From assembly GCA_045657705.1 (NCBI GenBank), contig JAZOTP010000045.1:9539-73538 (forward strand): a stretch of 64,000 nucleotides of DNA, in the 5' to 3' direction. Below the pieces are notes generated by a model, which made no database searches, was not told the origin of the DNA, and was given only the letters and a program-made list of their open reading frames with translations. Position 1 is the first letter of the stretch; every line of letters starts with the position of its first letter. Of the stretch, positions 20,498 through 30,192 are shown piece after piece. The position numbers and the translations under genes are program-made. Origin of the DNA: Clostridia bacterium (lineage in GTDB: Bacteria > Bacillota > Clostridia > UBA1381).

Positions 20498-20683
20498 ATG
20501 TATGTTATTATAGACCGCTTTGAGGGAGAGTTTGCTGTTGTTGAAACACCGGAGAGAAATATGTACAACATTCCCAGGCAGTTATTGCCGGGTTGCGGCG
20601 AGGGTGACAGAATTCTTATAAAAAAATCAGTAGATGACAATGAAGAATTTGAAACTGCAGTAAGGGATATGTTTGTTGATTAA
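20498..20683 (+). CDS. DUF3006 family protein
   Basis: MYVIIDRFEGEFAVVE is a typical DUF3006 N-terminus, and this family is a usual partner of ComEC-like MBL genes. The start could also be 20483. Confidence 0.7.
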   Translation: MYVIIDRFEGEFAVVETPERNMYNIPRQLLPGCGEGDRILIKKSVDDNEEFETAVRDMFVD

Positions 20684-20810
20684 ACAGTTAAATCTTTATT
20701 AATTAATTGTTGTTAATTTGTAAATTTATTTATTTGTTTTGTTAAATTATTGACAATTTAATTAAAATATGATAAGCTATCTCAAAATAAAATAACAGGA
20801 GTTATATTTA

Positions 20811-22832
20811 ATGGATAACAACAAAAAGAAAAAAAATAACAATGGGAATATATTTAAAAATCCATTTTTTACTTTTATTATCCTTTCGATAATAGCGACG
20901 GTTGGATTGAATTATTTGTTGTCGATGGTTACAGCACCGCGTGAAAAGGAAATATATTACAGTGAATTTATGGATATGCTTGAAAATGATGAAATTGATT
21001 CAGTTACCATCACCGGTGAAAAATTAACAATCATTTCTAAGGAAAGCAAAAAAGCAAGTGAAGAATTTGAAAATGCTGTTGAGAATGCCCAAAGTATTAC
21101 TGATATTTTAGGCGTCGGAGCTTTAGGTGAAAAATATGTCGAAAAGGATGTAATTTATTATACAGGTTATATTAATGACGGTGATTTGATTAAGCTTCTG
21201 GAAGAGCATAATGTGAAATACACAAGACCTGTTACCGAAACAAATGTATTTATGGATTTTATACTTGCATGGATACTGCCTTTTGCTATAATGTATTTAT
21301 TCCTTGCCGTTATCATGAAGGTTGTCTCAAAGAAAATGGGCGGCGGCGGTGGATTTATGTCTGTCGGTCAAAGTAATGCAAAAATTTATCTTGAAAATAA
21401 AACGGGTGTGACCTTTTTAGATGTTGCCGGTCAGGAGGAAGCAAAGGAGTCGCTTGATGAAATTGTGGATTTTCTGCATAATCCTGCAAAGTACACAGCA
21501 ATCGGTGCAAAACAGCCGAAAGGAGCTTTATTGGTAGGCCCTCCGGGAACAGGTAAGACATTGCTTGCAAAGGCAGTTGCAGGAGAGGCAAATGTTCCGT
21601 TTTTCTCACTGTCCGGTTCTGATTTTGTTGAAATGTTTGTCGGTGTTGGTGCATCAAGAGTAAGAGATTTGTTTAAACAGGCAGCAGCAAAAGCTCCTTG
21701 TATTATCTTTATAGATGAGGTAGATGCAATAGGTAAGAGCCGTGATAATCATTATGGCGGAGGAAATGATGAAAGAGAACAGACTCTGAATCAGTTACTT
21801 GCAGAAATGGACGGTTTTGATTCTTCAAAGGGTGTTGTTATTTTGGCGGCAACTAACAGACCTGAAATACTTGATAAAGCACTTCTTCGTCCGGGAAGAT
21901 TTGACAGACGTATTATTGTTGAAAAGCCTGACTTAAAGGGAAGAGAAGAAATATTAAAGGTTCATGTTAAGAATGTAAAAATGTCACCGACTGTTGATTT
22001 ACATGAAATTGCACTTTCAACAAGTGGTGCGGTTGGTGCCGACCTTGCAAATATGGTAAATGAAGCGGCATTAAGGGCAGTTAGAATGAAGCGGACAGAA
22101 GTGCTCCAGGAGGACTTGATGGAGGCTGTTGAAGTTATTATTGCAGGTAAGGAAAAGAAGGACAGAATACTGTCTGAACGTGAAAAGAAAATTGTTGCAT
22201 ATCATGAGGTTGGTCACGCCCTGGCAGCTGCACTGCAAAAAAATACAGACCCTGTTCAGAAAATTACCATTGTTCCACGTACTATGGGTGCATTGGGTTA
22301 TACGATGCAGATGCCGGAGGAAGAAAAGTATCTTTTATCAAAAGACGAAATACTTGATGATTTGACAGTATTTGTTGCAGGACGTGTTGCAGAGGAGCTT
22401 GTGTTTAATGTTCAGACAACAGGTGCTTCAAATGATATAGAAAGAGCAAGTAAACTTGCAAGAGCTATGATAGCACAGTATGGGATGAGCGATACTTTTG
22501 GAATGACAGCACTTGAAAGTATTGAAAGTAAATATCTTGATGGCAGAAATGTGTCAAATTGTTCTGATGAAACTATGACAAAGCTTGATAATGAGGTTAT
22601 CAAAGTGTTAAAGAATGCACATGAAAAAGCTAAGGAGCTTTTAACTTCAAATTCTCAGGCTTTACATGAGATTTCTGATTATCTGATTGAAAAAGAAACT
22701 ATAACCGGTACAGAGTTTATGAAAATTTTGAGAAAAATTCAAAACGGTGAAGGGGACTCTGTTAAAGATGATAAAGATAATCAAAATGCAGAAAACCCGG
22801 AAAATGCTGATATGTCGGAAAATAATGAATAA
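20811..22832 (+). CDS. ftsH: ATP-dependent zinc metalloprotease FtsH
   Basis: GPPGTGKT Walker A, DEVDA Walker B, the SRH region and the HEVGHAL zinc motif. Confidence 0.96.
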   Translation: MDNNKKKKNNNGNIFKNPFFTFIILSIIATVGLNYLLSMVTAPREKEIYYSEFMDMLENDEIDSVTITGEKLTIISKESKKASEEFENAVENAQSITDILGVGALGEKYVEKDVIYYTGYINDGDLIKLLEEHNVKYTRPVTETNVFMDFILAWILPFAIMYLFLAVIMKVVSKKMGGGGGFMSVGQSNAKIYLENKTGVTFLDVAGQEEAKESLDEIVDFLHNPAKYTAIGAKQPKGALLVGPPGTGKTLLAKAVAGEANVPFFSLSGSDFVEMFVGVGASRVRDLFKQAAAKAPCIIFIDEVDAIGKSRDNHYGGGNDEREQTLNQLLAEMDGFDSSKGVVILAATNRPEILDKALLRPGRFDRRIIVEKPDLKGREEILKVHVKNVKMSPTVDLHEIALSTSGAVGADLANMVNEAALRAVRMKRTEVLQEDLMEAVEVIIAGKEKKDRILSEREKKIVAYHEVGHALAAALQKNTDPVQKITIVPRTMGALGYTMQMPEEEKYLLSKDEILDDLTVFVAGRVAEELVFNVQTTGASNDIERASKLARAMIAQYGMSDTFGMTALESIESKYLDGRNVSNCSDETMTKLDNEVIKVLKNAHEKAKELLTSNSQALHEISDYLIEKETITGTEFMKILRKIQNGEGDSVKDDKDNQNAENPENADMSENNE

Positions 22833-22838
22833 ATAACA

Positions 22839-22870
22839 GGCTGTCCTATTTTGGGGACAGCTTTGTCTTT
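22839..22870 (+). terminator. intrinsic terminator after ftsH
   Basis: GCTGTCC-loop-GGGACAGC followed by TTTGTCTTTT. Confidence 0.65.
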
Positions 22871-22888
22871 TACAGGAGGTATGCAAAA

Positions 22889-23836
22889 ATGAGTGCTATA
22901 GTAAGCTTTGTAGTTCCATGCTATAACGAAGAAGAGGTTCTTGCAGAAACCAATAAAAGATTAACTGCTTTTATTGCTGAAATGACAGAAAAAGGAAAGA
23001 TAAAACCGGACAGTAAAATTCTTTATGTAGATGATGGCTCGGTTGATAATACATGGAATATTATTGAAAATCTTGCATCCCAAAACAGTTGTGTGACAGG
23101 AATTAAGCTTGCTCATAATAAAGGGCATCAGAATGCACTTTTAGCGGGATTAATGAGTTCAAAAAACAATTCAGATGCTGTAATTTCGATGGATGCTGAT
23201 TTACAGGATGATATATATGCATCTGAAGAAATGATTGATAAATTTAATGAAGGATATGATATTGTATTCGGAGTCAGGAGTTCAAGAGAAAAGGATACCT
23301 TTTTTAAGAAGAATACAGCTATGTTTTTTTATTCACTAATGAATAAGCTTGGTGCAGATGTTGTAAAGAACCATGCAGATTACAGACTTATGAGCAAAAA
23401 AGCACTTGAGGGACTTAGTGAATATTCTGAAGTTAATTTATTTTTGCGAGGAATTGTAAAGGATTTGGGCTTCAAAAGTTGTGAGGTATATTATGAGCGT
23501 GGTGAAAGATTTGCAGGCGTTTCAAAATATCCTTTGAGGAAAATGCTGTCCTTTGCGGTTGAGGGGATTACATCATTTAGTATCAAGCCTATAAAAATTG
23601 CGGCTTTTTTAGGTTCTGTTTCAATTCTTATCAGTATAGCCATGCTGATTTATTGTATTTGTCAGAAGGTTGCGGGAGAAACAGTACCGGGCTGGTCGAG
23701 TCTTGGGGTTTCAATCTGGGCTGTTGGCGGTATGCAGCTTTTTATAATGGGAATTATCGGAGAATATATCGGCAAAATATATCTTGAAACAAAGAATAGA
23801 CCGAGATTTATTATAGACAAAACAGTAAATTTATGA
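22889..23836 (+). CDS. family 2 glycosyltransferase (GtrB-like polyprenyl-phosphate glycosyltransferase)
   Basis: VVPCYNEE and VDDGSVD motifs, a DADLQDD motif and two C-terminal TM helices. Confidence 0.85.
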   Translation: MSAIVSFVVPCYNEEEVLAETNKRLTAFIAEMTEKGKIKPDSKILYVDDGSVDNTWNIIENLASQNSCVTGIKLAHNKGHQNALLAGLMSSKNNSDAVISMDADLQDDIYASEEMIDKFNEGYDIVFGVRSSREKDTFFKKNTAMFFYSLMNKLGADVVKNHADYRLMSKKALEGLSEYSEVNLFLRGIVKDLGFKSCEVYYERGERFAGVSKYPLRKMLSFAVEGITSFSIKPIKIAAFLGSVSILISIAMLIYCICQKVAGETVPGWSSLGVSIWAVGGMQLFIMGIIGEYIGKIYLETKNRPRFIIDKTVNL

Positions 23837-23985
23837 GGAATTGCACAAAAATAAATTTTTTATGAGTATAAATTGCAGATTTTAATTAAAAATTTAAAAA
23901 AAGTATTGCAAAATCGGGTCAATGAGTGTAAAATATAACATTAGAATTATTCTGTATTTTTAAGTAGTATTCATGGGGGATAGAC

Positions 23986-24546
23986 ATGAAAAATTATTAT
24001 TCTATTGAGGTTGCCGGAGTTGAGCGTAACTTGCGTTTATTCAGTGTAAATGAAAATTTGAAGATAGCTGCATTTATCTTATTCGGAGATGTGGAGCTGA
24101 CAGTTGCGTGTGCCCAAAAATTATTGGAAAAAGCACCGGAATTTGATATTTTAGTAACTGCTGAAGCTAAGAGTATCTCTTTAATTCACGAAATGGCAAG
24201 ACAGGCAGGTAATAATACTTATATTGTTGCAAGAAAAGCACCAAAGGTATACATGGAGAATTTATTGGAAGCAACGGTGAATTCAATGACAACAAAAAAT
24301 ACACAAAAATTGTATATCGGTGATGAAGAAGTCTCAAAAATGAGAGGCAAGCGTTGCCTGATTGTAGATGATGTAATCAGCACAGGTGAATCGCTTGAGG
24401 CTCTGGAAACTCTTGTCAACAAAGCAGGCGGGATTATAGTTGGAAAAATGGCTGTGCTTGCAGAAGGTGATGCAATATCAAGAGATGATATTATCACTTT
24501 GGGCGAGTTACCACTGTTTGATAAAGAAGGTAATCTGTTAAAGTGA
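23986..24546 (+). CDS. phosphoribosyltransferase family protein (adenine/xanthine PRT-like)
   Basis: CLIVDDVISTGES PRPP-binding motif. Confidence 0.75.
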   Translation: MKNYYSIEVAGVERNLRLFSVNENLKIAAFILFGDVELTVACAQKLLEKAPEFDILVTAEAKSISLIHEMARQAGNNTYIVARKAPKVYMENLLEATVNSMTTKNTQKLYIGDEEVSKMRGKRCLIVDDVISTGESLEALETLVNKAGGIIVGKMAVLAEGDAISRDDIITLGELPLFDKEGNLLK

Positions 24547-24684
24547 GTTTTTCAGATTGAGTGCAGATATATATGCAATTTGTTCTTTTTGGAGTTATAA
24601 CCCAATCTGCAAAGATGATACACACATAACATTATTAATGAGATTTTTAAAGAGATTATAATATAAAGGAGAGAATAATACATC

Positions 24685-26388
24685 ATGAAAAAAATTACAT
24701 TTGGCACACCTGAAAAGATTGTTCCGTCAAATTTTTGTAAGGGACTGAACTACAATGAAACAGAAATAAAATACGATTGTTCTCAGTTTAAATTTAAAGA
24801 AACTGCACGAGGATGTCTTTTAGAATTTCCTCTGGAGTATGGAGAAGAAGTTTTTGGATTTGGTTTACAGCTGAAGGGATTTAATCACAAAAATCATAAG
24901 CTGACCTTAAGAACAAATTCAGACCCTGTTGCAAATACAGGTGATTCCCATGCCCCTGTTCCATTTTTTGTAACAAACAAGGGTTACGGAATGTATTTTG
25001 ATACTGCAAGATATATTGAGGTTTGTTGTGGATACGGTAAGAATAAAAACAGGCCTCCTGTTGAAAATAATACTATAATTGCAACTGCAGAAGATTTGTA
25101 TAACAAATGTGGTTTAAAAGAAACTACTGTAATGTCAGTGGAAATACCTGTTGCAAAGGGAATAGATGTATATATTTTTGAGGGTGATAGTATATGTGAT
25201 ATTGTTTCTCAGTACAATATGTTCTCTGGCGGAGGATGCGATGTACCTGAATGGGGATTAGGCGTTCTTTACAGAGCCTATGCTAAATATACAGGTGACA
25301 AGGTTATTGAGCTTGCAAAATATTTCAGAGAAAATGATATTCCGTGTGATATAATGGGATTGGAACCGGGCTGGCAGTCGAGCAGTTATTCCTGCTCATA
25401 TGTATGGGATAAGGAAAGATATCCGAATTATGAAGAAGTTATAAAGTATTTGAGAGAAAATGATTTCCATATCAACTTATGGGAGCACGCTTTTATAAAT
25501 TCAACATCTCCTATTTACAAAGAAATGCATGATTATAGTGGTGATTATGAAGTATGGCAGGGATTAATTCCTGATTTTGGCTTGGAGAAAGCACAGGAAA
25601 TTTTTGCCCGTCATCATAGGGAATATCTTATAGATAAAGGTATTGACGGATTTAAGCTTGATGAATGTGACAACAGTGATTATGTACATGACTGGAGCTT
25701 CCCAAATTGTACTGAATTTCCGTCCGGAATGGATGGAGAACAGTATCATCAAATGTTCGGCACATTATATATGCAGACAATACTGAGGGCTTTGGGTGAT
25801 ACACCTACATTGTCTGAGGTAAGAAATGCAGGAGCATTGTGTGCATCCTATCCGTTTGTACTTTACAGTGATTTATATGACCATAATGATTTTATAAGAG
25901 GTATGGTCAATTCGGGATTTTCAGGTATTCTCTGGACTTCTGAATTAAGAGATGCTAAAAGCAAGACTGATTTGATAAGACGTTTGCAGTCAACAGTGTT
26001 TTCAGTTCAGTGTCTGATAAATGCATGGTATTGTCCTGAAGTGCCATGGAAACAGTTTGAATGTGAAGAAGAAGTTAAAGAATTATTGAATGTGAGAAAA
26101 TCACTTGTTCCTATGCTTAAAAAGGCATTTTCAGAATACAAAACAACAGGAAAACCGCCTGTAAGAGCTTTAGTTTGTGATTATACAGACGATAAAGAAA
26201 CTTATGCTATTGATGATGAATATATTTTCTGTGATAATCTTATCGTTGCACCTCTGACTGCTCAGAGTGATAAGAGAATGGTATATCTGCCTGAGGGTGA
26301 ATGGGTGGATTACTGGACAAACGAAAAGGTTAATTCAGGTTGGTTTGAAGTAGAAACACAAAATATTCCGGTATTTAAGAAAGGGTAA
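24685..26388 (+). CDS. glycoside hydrolase family 31 (alpha-glucosidase/alpha-xylosidase-like)
   Basis: GIDGFKLDECDN nucleophile-region motif and overall GH31-like translation. Confidence 0.8.
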   Translation: MKKITFGTPEKIVPSNFCKGLNYNETEIKYDCSQFKFKETARGCLLEFPLEYGEEVFGFGLQLKGFNHKNHKLTLRTNSDPVANTGDSHAPVPFFVTNKGYGMYFDTARYIEVCCGYGKNKNRPPVENNTIIATAEDLYNKCGLKETTVMSVEIPVAKGIDVYIFEGDSICDIVSQYNMFSGGGCDVPEWGLGVLYRAYAKYTGDKVIELAKYFRENDIPCDIMGLEPGWQSSSYSCSYVWDKERYPNYEEVIKYLRENDFHINLWEHAFINSTSPIYKEMHDYSGDYEVWQGLIPDFGLEKAQEIFARHHREYLIDKGIDGFKLDECDNSDYVHDWSFPNCTEFPSGMDGEQYHQMFGTLYMQTILRALGDTPTLSEVRNAGALCASYPFVLYSDLYDHNDFIRGMVNSGFSGILWTSELRDAKSKTDLIRRLQSTVFSVQCLINAWYCPEVPWKQFECEEEVKELLNVRKSLVPMLKKAFSEYKTTGKPPVRALVCDYTDDKETYAIDDEYIFCDNLIVAPLTAQSDKRMVYLPEGEWVDYWTNEKVNSGWFEVETQNIPVFKKG

Positions 26389-26391
26389 ATT

Positions 26392-27501
26392 ATGAAATAC
26401 TTAATTGATGAGGCAACAGTATTTGCCATAGGACATGAATATAATATAATTTTCAATACCGAGGAAAAAGGTCTTGCGTGGGTTGAAATCGGTAATGAAA
26501 AATATTGCGACGACGATAACGGTAATATAAAATCTGAGGAATGTGTACACAAGATTGCAGTTCCGATGAGTGTGCTTGACAAAGAAAAGGGCTATACAAT
26601 ATGTTTTTGCAGAGCATATGAGCGATTGGCGTATTTCCCCAAAAGCGATGAAGAGATACAAAAAAAGACATATAAATTCTATCCGGTTGAGAAAAAAGAA
26701 TCATATAAGGTATATATGATATCCGATACACACTGTGAATGTGAAAACTCAGTGAAATCAGGAAAATATTGGGCTGATAATCTTGATTTTCTTATTTTAA
26801 ACGGTGATATAGGTGATGCGTGTGTGGATGTGGATATGATATTGACACTCCACAGGATTGCATCAGGTGTTACAAAAGGAGAAAAACCTGTTGTATATGT
26901 AAGAGGTAATCACGACACAAGAGGTCAGTTGGCAGTAGAATTATCAAAATATATACCGACACAAAATAATAAAACTTACTATACATTTGCATTGGGCGAT
27001 ATATTCGGTATTTGTCTTGATTGCGGTGAGGATAAGGTTGACACTCATCCCGAATACGGCAATATGGCAAATTTTGAGCCATTTCGTAAAAAACAGATTG
27101 AATTTCTTGATGATGTAATTGACAAGGCTGAATTTATTAATTATAAGCACGTCATTGTTATATCCCATGTAAGAGTAAATGAAAAAGGCAACGAAGTTTT
27201 TAAGGATGTTTATGTGCAGTGGCTTGAAAGATTAAATGAAATAGCTCCTGATGTTATGATTTGCGGACATGAGCATAAGTATTACATCATAGACAAGGAC
27301 GATAAAATATTTGATACAGAAAAGACTGTTAATTATCCTATGATTGTCGGTTCACAGGTGAGAGGAAATAAGAGAACCAGCAATGCGGATTTACCTGCAG
27401 ATTACATTGGTACTGCACTTAATATTAAAGATGATGAATTTGAAGTTTTATTTACGAACAGCAACAACGAAGTTATAGAAAAACATACAATAAATAGATA
27501 A
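26392..27501 (+). CDS. metallophosphoesterase
   Basis: MISDTH, NGDIGD, GNHD and GHEH motifs. It starts 3 nt after the GH31 stop. Confidence 0.8.
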   Translation: MKYLIDEATVFAIGHEYNIIFNTEEKGLAWVEIGNEKYCDDDNGNIKSEECVHKIAVPMSVLDKEKGYTICFCRAYERLAYFPKSDEEIQKKTYKFYPVEKKESYKVYMISDTHCECENSVKSGKYWADNLDFLILNGDIGDACVDVDMILTLHRIASGVTKGEKPVVYVRGNHDTRGQLAVELSKYIPTQNNKTYYTFALGDIFGICLDCGEDKVDTHPEYGNMANFEPFRKKQIEFLDDVIDKAEFINYKHVIVISHVRVNEKGNEVFKDVYVQWLERLNEIAPDVMICGHEHKYYIIDKDDKIFDTEKTVNYPMIVGSQVRGNKRTSNADLPADYIGTALNIKDDEFEVLFTNSNNEVIEKHTINR

Positions 27502-27528
27502 AACTCTTGAAATTGAAAGGGATTAAAA

Positions 27529-28545
27529 ATGATTTATAGAAATGTTGAACTGTTTAATGTTGAAGAAGTAAAAGAAACAGCTGACAAAACAGGTGTTATC
27601 CTGTACCGTTTTCCGTCTGATGTTGTTGATGCAATTAAAGACAGAGGAGCATATATGTCAAGAGCCAATACAGGTTGTGAAATAAGATTTGTTTCAAGTG
27701 CAAAAACGATTTGGCTTACAATGGGGGCAATTGCTCATAATGTAGGTGTTACGGTTTTCTGCGGAGATATGGTTTATGAAAAAAGAATTATAGAAGCAGG
27801 AAAAAGAACAACTCTTGAATTAAAATATAATACCTGCTTTGATAAAATTGATGAGGAAATTCTTTCCGATATGGATGGAAGATTTCCGCTTAATCTTTGG
27901 AGAGTGTATATAAACAGTGAAGAATCTCATTGTATTTTTTATGATATTGAGGGTCTTGATGGAATTATCCGTCCGCCGCTCGCAACAGAGGTGCCTGAAA
28001 AAAAATGGCTTGCATACGGTTCTTCAATAACACACGGTTGCTGGACTATAGATACTTCAAATTCGTATATTCAGCACGCAGCAAAAAAACTGGGTGTTGA
28101 CGTTATGTGTAAGGGCATGGCAGGGGCTTGTCAGTGCGAGAGGGAAATGGCAGATTATATTAAAAATGCAGATTGGGATTTTGCAACACTTGAATTGGGC
28201 GTTAATATGATGGGAAGAAAAACAAAGGACTTTAAAAAGCGTGTGGATTATATGATTCATTCTGTTCATGAATCCAATCCCGGTAAAAAAGTCTTTATAA
28301 TTACACCGTTCCCGAATTGCCATAGTGCGGGTAAAGACAAGGATAGTTTTGACAAACATAATGATTATACAAAAATTCTGAAAGAAATTGTTAATGAAAT
28401 TAACAGTGAAAATCTTATTGTGATTGACGGTGGGAGTATTCTTGATTCGTATTCATATTTATGCTATGATTTTGTACATCCGTCTGAATACGGTCATGTA
28501 AGAATGGGTGAAAATTTAAGTGAAATTTTAAAAAAATATCTTTAA
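27529..28545 (+). CDS. SGNH/GDSL-type esterase with an N-terminal accessory domain
   Basis: YGSSITHG block I and DFVHPS block V motifs. Confidence 0.7.
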   Translation: MIYRNVELFNVEEVKETADKTGVILYRFPSDVVDAIKDRGAYMSRANTGCEIRFVSSAKTIWLTMGAIAHNVGVTVFCGDMVYEKRIIEAGKRTTLELKYNTCFDKIDEEILSDMDGRFPLNLWRVYINSEESHCIFYDIEGLDGIIRPPLATEVPEKKWLAYGSSITHGCWTIDTSNSYIQHAAKKLGVDVMCKGMAGACQCEREMADYIKNADWDFATLELGVNMMGRKTKDFKKRVDYMIHSVHESNPGKKVFIITPFPNCHSAGKDKDSFDKHNDYTKILKEIVNEINSENLIVIDGGSILDSYSYLCYDFVHPSEYGHVRMGENLSEILKKYL

Positions 28546-28555
28546 AATATAATAA

Positions 28556-28596
28556 AGACAGTTCGAAACCATCCTGTCTATAAACAAAACTACGGG
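28556..28596 (+). promoter_or_regulatory. preQ1-I riboswitch aptamer
   Basis: AGACAG-TTCGAAACCATC-CTGTCT stem-loop followed by the A-rich tail ATAAACAAAACTACGGG, which is the same architecture as the B. subtilis queC aptamer. It sits upstream of a queuosine-precursor transporter. Confidence 0.7.
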
Positions 28597-28609
28597 AAAA
28601 GCTTTTTTT

Positions 28610-28636
28610 GGCATACTCGTGTAGTATGCCTTTTTC
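28610..28636 (+). terminator. riboswitch-associated intrinsic terminator
   Basis: GGCATACT-CGTG-TAGTATGCC followed by TTTTT. Confidence 0.75.
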
Positions 28637-28679
28637 CTTGTTTTGTAATAATAAAATAAAAACAAAGGAATGAATTATT

Positions 28680-29375
28680 ATGACAAATGAATTATTATTA
28701 ATTATAAACCTGATTATTATTTATAGTTTAACATTGGTGTTTTATCTGATATATGGAAAAAAAGGACTTTTTTGCTGGAATGTGCTTGCAACGGTTTGTG
28801 CAAATATTGAGGTGATGATACTTGTTGATGCTTTTGGAATAGAGCAGACGCTGGGGAATATTTTGTTTGCCTCAACATTTCTTACAACAGATATTTTGTC
28901 TGAAAATCACAAAAAAAGTGATGCTTCTTTTGCAGTTAAAACAGGAATTATTGTATCGCTTGCATTTATAATTATTTCAAGATTCTGGATATGGTTTACT
29001 CCCTCTGAAAACGATTTTGTGAGTGAATCAATTAAAACGGTATTTTCAAATACACCGAGAGTAATGTTTGCAGGATTTTTTGTTTATGCAATGATTCAGT
29101 TTTTTGATGTGTGGGCATATCATAAAATCTGGGAATTTACAACACAAAAATTCGGAGAAAAGAAAAAATTTTTATGGCTTAGAAATAATCTTGCAACGAT
29201 ACTTTCACAACTGCTTAATGCAATTTTATTTAATGTTGCGGCCTTTGCCGGAAGCTATGATACATCTACATTAATAAGTATTATTATATCAACCTTTATC
29301 GTGTATATATTTACATCATTACTTGATACACCTATAGCATATCTTGCGAGAAAATTCAGGAAAAATGACGATTAA
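28680..29375 (+). CDS. yhhQ: queuosine precursor transporter (YhhQ/DUF165, VUT family)
   Basis: Polytopic membrane protein with YhhQ-like blocks (FASTFLTTDILSE). Preceded by a preQ1 riboswitch. Confidence 0.8.
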   Translation: MTNELLLIINLIIIYSLTLVFYLIYGKKGLFCWNVLATVCANIEVMILVDAFGIEQTLGNILFASTFLTTDILSENHKKSDASFAVKTGIIVSLAFIIISRFWIWFTPSENDFVSESIKTVFSNTPRVMFAGFFVYAMIQFFDVWAYHKIWEFTTQKFGEKKKFLWLRNNLATILSQLLNAILFNVAAFAGSYDTSTLISIIISTFIVYIFTSLLDTPIAYLARKFRKNDD

Positions 29376-29396
29376 TAAATAAATTTTTGGAAAATA

Positions 29397-29410
29397 TAAA
29401 CATTTGTTTG
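29397..29410. promoter_or_regulatory. candidate LexA (SOS) box overlapping the lexA -35 element
   Basis: TAAACATTTGTTTG is an AAAC-N4-GTTT palindrome related to the Firmicute CGAAC-N4-GTTCG consensus. It overlaps TTGATT, a 17-nt spacer and TATAAT (29408-29436). Confidence 0.35.
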
Positions 29411-29471
29411 ATTTTTTTGTGAGAGTGTGATATAATATTCTTGTAAACTAACTATAGTGAGAGGTATTAAA

Positions 29472-30098
29472 ATGTCAAAGCTTACACAAAAGGATTTTGA
29501 AATTCTTGAATTTATAAAACAGCAGCAACTATTAAAAGGATTTCCACCGTCGGTGAGAGAAATATGCGATGCTGTGGGACTTAAATCTACAGCTACAATA
29601 CATGCACGTTTAAGAAAACTGGAGCTTCACGGTAAAATAGTAAGAGATTCAGCAAAAAACAGATCTATTAAAATTGTTGAAATGTCTGACGTGAACAGTA
29701 CAGTTACATACAATGAGGATAAATATCTTGATGTTCCTGTATACGGCAAGGTTACTGCAGGTGTTCCGATAACAGCGGTTGAGGATGTTTCGGATACATT
29801 TCCGCTTCCGATGGATTTTGCCCGAAATAAAGATTTGTTTATGCTTAAGGTTTCGGGAGATTCAATGATTAATGCAGCAATACTTGATAACGATTACATT
29901 ATTGTTCAAAAGCAAAGTATTGCGAGCAACGGTGATATAGTTGTTGCATTGATTGATAATGAAAATGCCACGGTTAAAACCTTTTATAAGGAAAACGGAT
30001 ATATACGTCTTCAGCCTGAAAATGACAGCTTTGAACCTATTATTGTAAAAGATGTGTCGATTTTAGGAAAAGTTGTAGGAGTTTTCCGTAAACTATAG
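29472..30098 (+). CDS. lexA: LexA repressor
   Basis: N-terminal winged HTH, an AG cleavage site (VTAGVPI), and the GDSM serine and KTF lysine motifs. GAGG lies 7 nt before the ATG at 29472. Confidence 0.93.
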   Translation: MSKLTQKDFEILEFIKQQQLLKGFPPSVREICDAVGLKSTATIHARLRKLELHGKIVRDSAKNRSIKIVEMSDVNSTVTYNEDKYLDVPVYGKVTAGVPITAVEDVSDTFPLPMDFARNKDLFMLKVSGDSMINAAILDNDYIIVQKQSIASNGDIVVALIDNENATVKTFYKENGYIRLQPENDSFEPIIVKDVSILGKVVGVFRKL

Positions 30099-30192
30099 AC
30101 TTTTTTGTATTTATGTGTTATAATGTAAAAGTTATATGAAAAAGCTCTGCGGGAGCGCAGATTAAAATTTTTATGAAATGGAGATAATACGA

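Noticed and set aside
23837-23985. Purine riboswitch upstream of the phosphoribosyltransferase gene
   Set aside because: No three-way junction or conserved U/C-rich loop blocks are recognisable. The region looks like a plain promoter (TTGCAA, 17-nt spacer, TAAAAT).
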